IMG/VR virus record: IMGVR_UViG_2585427742_000014
Length of the DNA stretch: 11,352 nucleotides
Source: a virus
Lineage: Duplodnaviria; Heunggongvirae; Uroviricota; Caudoviricetes
Reading direction: 5' to 3' (one strand)
Below, piece by piece: positions 1 to 5,197 of the stretch. The notes below the pieces were generated by a model. The model had not been told where the DNA came from. It saw only the letters and a program-made list of their open reading frames with translations, and ran no database searches. The translations under genes and the position numbers were made by a program. Numbering within the stretch: the stretch's first letter is position 1; each line of letters starts with the position of its first letter.

Positions 1-147
1 ATGGCAAAGCCGATCATCACGCTCAATGGCCTAAAAATCGTCATTATGTTGGGAATGCTGGTCATTATTCTCTGCGGTATCCGTTTTGCCGCCGAGATCA
101 TCGTGCCGTTTATTCTCGCATTATTTATTGCTGTTATATATAACTAA
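1..147 (+). pseudogene. tqsA: 48-codon ORF at the window start; N-terminal fragment of an inner-membrane protein resembling the AI-2 exporter TqsA/YdgG family, apparently cut short at the island junction
   Basis: Own translation [48 protein letters not shown], hydrophobic and TM-like. From memory the first ~45 residues match E. coli TqsA, after which the frame diverges and stops. Unverified recall. Confidence 0.4.
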
Positions 148-211
148 TTTCACTTAACGCATTGATTTAATTAAATGATTTGCACTACAAAAAGTGCCAT
201 AAATCGCAAAA

Positions 212-233
212 TGACTACACCAGTGACTACACC
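212..233. repeat. Tandem direct repeat TGACTACACC x2 (212-221, 224-233); candidate integrase arm-type binding sites near the island end
   Basis: Exact 10-mer repeated with a 2-bp spacer, seen directly. Placement near the presumed att junction fits arm sites of P4-type integrases; function is inferred. Confidence 0.45.
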
Positions 234-342
234 GTTCGGTGCACTGTATGAAACAACGTGGAACAAATAGACACAAGAAATATACAGGCGGGTCATCTTT
301 CCAGGGGGAAGCGCGCTAATTCATGAGGGGCGTTAATGTTGA

Positions 343-358
343 TATGGGGATCCCCATA
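343..358. promoter_or_regulatory. Perfect 16-bp palindrome TATGGGGATCCCCATA; possible protein-binding site
   Basis: Seen directly; function unknown. Confidence 0.35.
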
Positions 359-552
359 ACGGGGCTACCGGATTTTTTTTCCGGTTAACTGTTAATCAGG
401 CTGGTGGGCTTTACCTGTTTTGTAGGAGTGGTCATTATGACCATTCAGACAATGACCTTAATCAGAACTTTTCGCTAAAAAATGACGTTGGTCACGTCGT
501 CCGGAAAGCACAAAATCCCGTCAATTTTTAATTAACGGTTAAACCGTCTTTT

Positions 553-598
553 GTCACGGCGTGTCACTGGTTGTCACTCTCCGTCACGGTATGTCGCT
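553..598. repeat. Five helically phased direct repeats of TGTCAC-like hexamers at exact 10-bp spacing (553, 563, 573, 583, 593)
   Basis: TGTCAC, TGTCAC, TGTCAC, CGTCAC, TGTCGC read directly from the sequence at a 10-bp period; the pattern suggests a protein binding on one DNA face. Confidence 0.55.
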
Positions 599-603
599 AC
601 TCG

Positions 604-885
604 TTAACGCCGTAACCGCTCCGGCTTCTTCCAGTGGTACGTAATTTTCTCCGTTTCCCGATACAGTGCCACGCGGCGATTGTAGGCCAGCATTTCAAGA
701 ACGCGGATCCGTATGTTGCGCATATCCACATCATTAAGCTGGATACCATCACGGCGCATCACCTCAGCAACCACACGCGCGTAATTTTCGGCGGTCACGC
801 TGTCCGGCTGCGTGGCCTGTTCGTCATGCTGCTGGCTGATTCCGGTAACGCGGCGGATTAATCCCAGTAGTTCGGCTTCTGTCAT
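604..885 (-). CDS. Hypothetical protein (~93 aa); credible distal part of the 159-aa ORF 604..1083
   Basis: Internal ATG at 885 preceded by a G-rich stretch. The upstream part of the long ORF runs across the cos site and is low-complexity (FCACPVHGKH...), so the start was trimmed. No family recognised. Confidence 0.4.
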   Translation of the reverse strand: MTEAELLGLIRRVTGISQQHDEQATQPDSVTAENYARVVAEVMRRDGIQLNDVDMRNIRIRVLEMLAYNRRVALYRETEKITYHWKKPERLRR

Positions 886-920
886 TGTGCCCCCATCGCT
901 CTGATAGTCTGGTGTCGTCG

Positions 921-1100
921 GGTCCTTCCTGGAATTATGGCCCGTTACGGGGCGGCGACCTCGCGCGTTTTCACTATTTATGAAAATTTTTCGGGATCCA
1001 TGTCCGGTTTCTCTGCAAGTTAACCATATGAAAAATATAAAAACATGCTTTCCATGAACCGGACATGCGCAAAAAACAGACACTAAAACCGGACATCGAA
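921..1100 (+). other. cos-1: lambda-type cohesive-end site in plus orientation (cosQ-like flank, cosN 950-961 GGGCGGCGACCT, cosB-like region with three R-like elements and an AT-rich spacer)
   Basis: CGTTACG|GGGCGGCGACCT|CGCGCGTTTTCACTATTTATGAAAATTTTTCGG matches the phage lambda cos junction as I recall it (GGTTACG|GGGCGGCGACCT|CGCGGGTTTTCGCTATTTATGAAAATTTTCCGG). Downstream: ATGTCCGGTT at 1000-1009, AT-rich 1011-1050, AACCGGACAT at 1057-1066 and 1087-1096. Confidence 0.75.
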
Positions 1101-1164
1101 CCAGTTAACCGAAAGTGTGCACAAATCACATGCATTGCTGCGAGTGATTAACAAGTTATCGGCT

Positions 1165-1599
1165 TTACTGTTCTGTATCGGCTGATTGCTCCATGCTGGC
1201 ACGGCGAACGCTTATGGCATGACGCCACCCAGCCAGAAAGCCAGCCATTTTATTTCGTGCCTTGCTCACATCTTCCGGTGAATAGCCGTAAATCTGCAAA
1301 CCTTCATCAAATCGATGTTCTGTTTCTTCACTGGAGTACTCGTCACGCTCAGATGAAAGCAGCCTGGCAAACATAATTTTTTCCAGCGCACTGGTTTCTA
1401 CGTGATATCTGATGGTCTCAAGACGGCTTTTACCTGAAGACCAAAGCAATGTATGCCCGATGTGATAACCGCCAGACTTTCCGCGATCCGCATTAAGATA
1501 CGGCATCCCCTGTTTGGTCCATGCGCGAATAGTGGTTCTGTTAACCTTGAAATGTTCAGCTATTTCCTGCTGACTTACAAAACAAGCTTTATCAATCAT
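1165..1599 (-). CDS. Nu1-like small-terminase DNA-binding protein with a divergent C-terminus; candidate packaging-redirection factor (Rpp-like) or island TerS
   Basis: N-terminus VSQQEIAEHFKVNRTTIRAWTKQGMPYL resembles the winged-HTH of lambda gpNu1 (KKQLADIFGASIRTIQNWQEQGMPVL, from memory). At 144 aa it is shorter than Nu1 and the C-terminal half is unrelated. A cos site lies ~90 bp upstream. Confidence 0.7.
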   Translation of the reverse strand: MIDKACFVSQQEIAEHFKVNRTTIRAWTKQGMPYLNADRGKSGGYHIGHTLLWSSGKSRLETIRYHVETSALEKIMFARLLSSERDEYSSEETEHRFDEGLQIYGYSPEDVSKARNKMAGFLAGWRHAISVRRASMEQSADTEQ

Positions 1600-1733
1600 A
1601 ATGTTACCTTAACTGCATGGTTAAATATTAATCAAGTGGTGGTGGTGTCACCTTCACGGAAAAACGTCATAAATAGCGAAAACCCGCGAGGTCGCCGCCC
1701 CGTAACGGGTCCATAATTCCAGGAAGGACCCGT
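1600..1733 (-). other. cos-2: lambda-type cos site in minus orientation (cosN at 1689-1700 as reverse complement), in the lambda-like position immediately upstream of the Nu1-like gene
   Basis: Minus strand reads ACGGGTCCTTCCTGGAATTATGGACCCGTTACG|GGGCGGCGACCT|CGCGGGTTTTCGCTATTTATGACGTTTTTCCGTGAAGG. The 22 nt after cosN are identical to lambda as recalled, and CGTTTTTCCGTG resembles lambda R3. Confidence 0.75.
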
Positions 1734-1755
1734 AAAAAAGCCGGATTTCTCCGGC
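1734..1755 (-). terminator. Rho-independent terminator for the capsid operon (GCCGGA-TTTC-TCCGGC stem-loop followed by T6 on the minus strand)
   Basis: Hairpin 1740-1755 and A6 at 1734-1739 (T6 on the minus strand), 7 nt past the stop of the 1762..2175 ORF. Confidence 0.6.
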
Positions 1756-1761
1756 CTTGTC

Positions 1762-2175
1762 TCAGATGGTTTTCAGTATGCGATCGATGTCGCCGTCATC
1801 GCCCTGGTTTCTGCCATCGTATGCCATGCCAGCTGATACGGCTTGCGGGCTGTGCATGTCCATAAAGTTTTCAAAGGCTGCGGTAAGTTCCGGCGCAACC
1901 TTCGGACGTTCCTGCTCTATGGTCATGCTAAGGATGCTTTTAGCCGTACCAACATCGATACAAGGCACGTTTGCCATTGCACGCAACAGCGGCTGATAGT
2001 CTTTATGCTCATGAAGCGCCATAATCGCATCAGCGCGCGGCTTGTCCTGCTCTTCCAGTTTGTTTAGTTGATATACGGCCTCATAGGTTGATAAACCTCT
2101 GTCAGCCATTGCCCGCGCTTCGGCTTTAAATTTACTCGCCAGCGGTAGCGTCATGATGCTTTCATTCGTTGCCAT
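1762..2175 (-). CDS. Hypothetical protein (137 aa), last gene of the capsid operon
   Basis: ORF track; sits 12 nt downstream of the gpD-like gene and just before the terminator. No family recognised. Confidence 0.55.
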   Translation of the reverse strand: MATNESIMTLPLASKFKAEARAMADRGLSTYEAVYQLNKLEEQDKPRADAIMALHEHKDYQPLLRAMANVPCIDVGTAKSILSMTIEQERPKVAPELTAAFENFMDMHSPQAVSAGMAYDGRNQGDDGDIDRILKTI

Positions 2176-2187
2176 CGTTCCCCCTGC

Positions 2188-2523
2188 TTATCGGGCCAGC
2201 GGCTGAACGGATACGCCGGAACCCGCAAAGGCGGCGCATTTTTTCGCATCGGTGTCGACGCTCTCAGGCCAGTTAACGGCGGCAATATTGAATATCCCCG
2301 TCTTGTAACACTGTGCTGATTTCTGCTTTGACGTGTCCACAGGGTACGAGGTCAGATAAACAGCCTTGCCAGATTCCTTACCATCCCACGGCTTAAACTC
2401 GCCATTGTCCGCCAGCATCAGCGGGGTAAATTCCTGAATAACGCCAGCATCAGCGGCAAAATGTACCAGCGTCGTGGCGACCTGCTGACTGCCTGCAAAT
2501 AACTCAATGTATGGAGTGTCCAT
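2188..2523 (-). CDS. Head decoration protein, lambda gpD-like
   Basis: 111 aa; TPLMLADNGEFKPWDGKESGKAV...CYKTGIFNIAAVNWPESVDTDAKKCAAFAGSGVSVQ parallels lambda gpD (TPLMLDTSSRKLVAWDG...[36 protein letters not shown], from memory). Lies directly downstream of the capsid gene. Confidence 0.8.
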   Translation of the reverse strand: MDTPYIELFAGSQQVATTLVHFAADAGVIQEFTPLMLADNGEFKPWDGKESGKAVYLTSYPVDTSKQKSAQCYKTGIFNIAAVNWPESVDTDAKKCAAFAGSGVSVQPLAR

Positions 2524-2534
2524 AGAATCCCCCG

Positions 2535-3590
2535 TTAACCAATTTTGACGGTAACAAATTTGCGAATATCTGCCGGAACCGGCTGCGGTGCGCTGTGCGT
2601 CTGCACGTACTCAATCGCCGGATCGCCGTCCTCAATCCAGTTTTTCGGGTAAAACATGTTTTGCGTTGCGCCCGTTCTTACTGCGTCCTGATCCATAATC
2701 GCACCATAGGCCACCAGCCCTTTATTGTTGGTGTTGCCCAGAACCAGCAAATCAGGCTCAAGGAAATATTTTTCTGTGCCGTCGCTGTCAGTGTATTTGC
2801 CGGAATAGACGATAAGGGCAATATCGCCCAGATAGCCTTTAAAGCTCACCACTTCGCCCAGGTTTTTACAGGCCAGCTCTGCGGCGGACTCTGAACCACG
2901 GGAAAGATCGTACAGCTCACGGAATTTTTTAAAGCTGCGTAACGTTCGCCATACCTCAGCGCCCATAATCATGACGTTTGCGGGGCAACCAGCCTGATCA
3001 GCATAAAGCTCGATGTCATAGATTGGGTCGTGCATGTCTTTATCCTGCTCGGACCATTTTTTACCCTTGGCCTGCTCTATGATGCAGTTTTCCGGTATTT
3101 TCCAGTCGATTTCATAGCGTTCTATGCCTTCGCCCTCAATGATGTTTTTTCCGGTCGTTACCGCATTCACCGCCAGCCATTCCACGCGTGCCTTAATGGC
3201 GTTTATCTGGCGGCGCATGTTGCCAGTAATCAGGCGCATACGGCGATAGGTAGGGTCGTTAAGCTGTGCCGGATCTTCTCCAGCCATGCGCATGATGGTT
3301 TTCGTTGGATCGATTTCGTGCTTTGGCTTCATGTAGCCAGGTTTGATTGTGCTGGTTTCGTACCCTTTATCGCGCTGAACCTGGCTACCCACCATAGGCG
3401 AACAAAACGCCGACATGGTGACTTCTTCAATGTCCAGGGTATCCAGCATGATGTTTTGCGTGCTGAATGTCGCCACGTTCGGGAAAAACAGCGTGGTAAA
3501 CAGAGGGCTGAATTTAAAATCCGCAATATCCCCGCGATTCAGGTACATGAAAAGCTGGTTAGTGTTAAGTGCCGTTGCTTTGCCTGCCAT
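2535..3590 (-). CDS. Major capsid protein, lambda gpE family
   Basis: 351 aa; shared motifs with lambda gpE as recalled: DFKFSPLF / KFKFDPLF, PGYMKPKHEI / PGYVKPKHEV, DPTYRRMRLI / DPAYRRRRII, YPKNWIEDGDPAIEY / YPKNWVTTGDPAREF. GGGGG-type RBS 6 nt upstream. Confidence 0.9.
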   Translation of the reverse strand: MAGKATALNTNQLFMYLNRGDIADFKFSPLFTTLFFPNVATFSTQNIMLDTLDIEEVTMSAFCSPMVGSQVQRDKGYETSTIKPGYMKPKHEIDPTKTIMRMAGEDPAQLNDPTYRRMRLITGNMRRQINAIKARVEWLAVNAVTTGKNIIEGEGIERYEIDWKIPENCIIEQAKGKKWSEQDKDMHDPIYDIELYADQAGCPANVMIMGAEVWRTLRSFKKFRELYDLSRGSESAAELACKNLGEVVSFKGYLGDIALIVYSGKYTDSDGTEKYFLEPDLLVLGNTNNKGLVAYGAIMDQDAVRTGATQNMFYPKNWIEDGDPAIEYVQTHSAPQPVPADIRKFVTVKIG

Positions 3591-3796
3591 TATTCACCCC
3601 CATAATTTTTATGCATCCCAAGCGCCGCAAGTAAATAAGAGCGTACAAGTGAACCTATCGACGGCTCCGGCGTCATCAGCGGATCCAGTCCAGCCGCCAC
3701 GCCAGCCTCATAGTTTTTTTTGTGGCGCTGCTTGAGCACCTCCACGATTTCGGGGCTTATGTACACCGAAACACCGCCTTTTTTCTCTTCAGCCAT
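3590..3796 (-). CDS. Hypothetical small protein (68 aa), first gene of the capsid operon, translationally coupled to the capsid gene
   Basis: Stop overlaps the capsid ATG (TAATG); AGAGGAA-type RBS upstream. No family recognised. Confidence 0.5.
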   Translation of the reverse strand: MAEEKKGGVSVYISPEIVEVLKQRHKKNYEAGVAAGLDPLMTPEPSIGSLVRSYLLAALGMHKNYGGE

Positions 3797-3961
3797 AGTA
3801 AGAAATTCCTCTTCGACTTAAAAAATCATAACTGGATGTTCATCCAGCTCTGATTATAATCATGATTGCATTTTGTGCAATGATATTGAGTTGTGTTGCA
3901 AATTATGAAATGATGATCCCGATCATGTGTGTCAGTGCACCAAAAAGCCTCATATGCAAAA

Positions 3962-3998
3962 GCCCGATAAGCCACCTCTGACCTTATCGGGCTTTTTT
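3962..3998 (+). terminator. Terminator-like hairpin (GCCCGATAAG / CTTATCGGGC stem, 11-nt loop, T6 on the plus strand) in the capsid-operon upstream region
   Basis: 10-bp perfect stem at 3962-3971 / 3983-3992 followed by TTTTTT at 3993-3998. No plus-strand ORF lies upstream; only 4 U would follow on the minus strand. Confidence 0.5.
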
Positions 3999-4099
3999 AT
4001 CTGCCTGCAAAGATGTCGAACAAAAATTAACCACAACCATCATCTTTTTTGCATCAAAACAATTAAAAACAATAAATTACGCTCATGATGATGATGACG

Positions 4100-4173
4100 A
4101 TAAAATCACAAAAATGCGCTTTTTTCCGCGCCTCCCGCCCCGTGTTCAGCCCCCCCCCGCCAGGAGGACCCGT
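4100..4173 (-). other. Degenerate cos-like remnant (cosQ-like GGACCCGT flank plus ACGGGGCGG, no intact cosN)
   Basis: Minus strand reads CGGGTCCTCCTGGCGGGGGGGGGCTGAACACGGGGCGGGAGGCGCGGAAAAAAGCGCATTTTTGTGA, versus cos-2 CGGGTCCTTCCTGG...ACGGGGCGGCGACCTCGCGGGTTTTCGCTATTTATGA. Partial similarity only. Confidence 0.3.
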
Positions 4174-4195
4174 AAAAAAGCCGGATTGCTCCGGC
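4174..4195 (-). terminator. Rho-independent terminator for the SSB operon; near-identical copy of the 1734-1755 terminator
   Basis: GCCGGA-TTGC-TCCGGC at 4180-4195 plus A6 at 4174-4179 (T6 on the minus strand), 17 nt past the SSB stop. The flanking ~40 bp is shared with 1719-1760. Confidence 0.6.
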
Positions 4196-4211
4196 TTCTG
4201 TCACTCGTCGC

Positions 4212-4634
4212 TTAAAACGGTATGTTATCCCCGTACGGATCATCATTCCCCGCCTGTTGTTTTGCCCTGTTCAGCGCGTCAGTAGCCTGGCCCTGTTGAC
4301 CTTTTTTGCCGCCCAGTCGCGCCGTTCGCGCACTGATTACACTGTCTGCGATAACCTGCCAGCCCTGCCGCGTTTCTCCGTTCTGCCCAGTCCACTGGCT
4401 GATCTGCATGTTACCCGCCACGCTCAGGAGTTCACCCTTGCGGTGCCTTTCCAGTGCTTCGGCCTGTCTGCCAAATGCCAGGACGGATAACCACATCGTC
4501 GCCGTTCCGTCATCTGCCTGGCTGCACGGAAGGGGGACCGCCATACGCGCCAGCGTCATCGGTGTGCCCTTGCTGGTCTGTTTTACCTGCGGGTCGTCCA
4601 CCAGCCGCCCGTAAGCGGCTATCTGTGCTGTCAT
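4212..4634 (-). CDS. Single-stranded DNA-binding protein (SSB-like)
   Basis: 140 aa; an OB-fold-like pattern (GRLVDDPQ...TMWLSVLAFGRQAE...KGELLSVAGNMQISQWTGQNGETRQ) and an acidic C-terminal tip DDPYGDNIPF resembling the SSB DDDIPF tail. Confidence 0.75.
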   Translation of the reverse strand: MTAQIAAYGRLVDDPQVKQTSKGTPMTLARMAVPLPCSQADDGTATMWLSVLAFGRQAEALERHRKGELLSVAGNMQISQWTGQNGETRQGWQVIADSVISARTARLGGKKGQQGQATDALNRAKQQAGNDDPYGDNIPF

Positions 4635-4909
4635 GATTCCACCTCTCCGGTTTTAACGTTGATGGTTGTTACCTGTTCCGCTTCGGCAATCTCCCGTTCT
4701 GTCAGCGTGGCAAAGTTTGCCGCCGTCGTGGTCATGAATGCGCTTATCAGTTCGGGATGTGCTTTCGCGTATCCTTCCCCCGCGTGGCGGTCTATCGTTC
4801 TGATTGCCACCTTTAAAGCGTGCTCTGTCATGTCTAACGCGCGATATTTCGGTTCTGTTCTGTCTCTGCGTTTTTTGAGTGATTTATTAAATTTCCCTGA
4901 AGTGTGCAT
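4631..4909 (-). CDS. Hypothetical protein (up to 92 aa; start uncertain), translationally coupled to the SSB gene
   Basis: ORF track; ATGA overlap with the SSB start. No convincing RBS at either candidate start (4909 or 4831). Confidence 0.45.
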   Translation of the reverse strand: MHTSGKFNKSLKKRRDRTEPKYRALDMTEHALKVAIRTIDRHAGEGYAKAHPELISAFMTTTAANFATLTEREIAEAEQVTTINVKTGEVES

Positions 4910-4957
4910 ATTTATTTTTACCCCCTCGTTTAAAAAGTTTTGAGTTGTGCCTCCCCT

Positions 4958-5185
4958 TGTCTACCTTATCTACCTTAGTGGCCCTCATGCCAGTAATGGC
5001 GCGGCTTTCAGCGGGGTAGAGTGCTTTTATCCACTATCTACCCCGTGTCTACCTCCCTGTCTGACTCAGGTAAAATCAGGTAGAGAGGGTAGATAGTGGG
5101 TAGACAGTAAAAAAAAGCTATCTACCTAACTTAATGCACTGAATTAAATGTATTTTTCTTTACTCAGGTAGACAGGGTAGACAGC
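4958..5185. repeat. Iteron array with AT-rich segment; putative island replication origin just downstream of the primase gene
   Basis: At least 9 copies of GGTAGA(C/T/G)AG or its complement in both orientations: TCTACCTTA x2 tandem at 4960-4977, CTATCTACC 5035-5043, GTGTCTACC 5045-5053, GGTAGAG 5079-5085, GGGTAGATAG 5088-5097, GGGTAGACAG 5098-5107, GCTATCTACC 5117-5126, GGTAGACAG x2 tandem at 5167-5184. AT-rich stretch at 5107-5160. Confidence 0.7.
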
Positions 5186-5197
5186 AATTACAAAAAA

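Noticed and set aside
604-1083. Full-length 159-aa minus-strand ORF
   Set aside because: Its 5' third is read straight across the cos-1 site and its R-element array, with an implausible sequence (FCACPVHGKHVFIFFIW); trimmed to the internal start at 885.
1453-1716. 87-aa plus-strand ORF
   Set aside because: Antisense to the Nu1-like gene and running into cos-2; its C-terminus (INSENPRGRRPVTG) is just the cos repeat translated, the same artefact that appears in the 604..1083 ORF.
2595-3735. Plus-strand ORFs 2595..2894, 3030..3605 and 3415..3735
   Set aside because: Antisense shadows of the well-supported capsid gene; no RBS and implausible composition.
4085-4636. Plus-strand ORFs 4085..4285, 4257..4490, 4306..4614 and 4454..4636
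   Set aside because: They overlap the terminator and cos-like region or lie antisense to the SSB gene; Pro/Cys/Ser-rich low-complexity translations.
4958-5185. Possible CRISPR array
   Set aside because: Repeat units are short (8-10 bp), occur in both orientations with irregular spacing and no spacer-like unique segments; this is an iteron origin pattern, not CRISPR.
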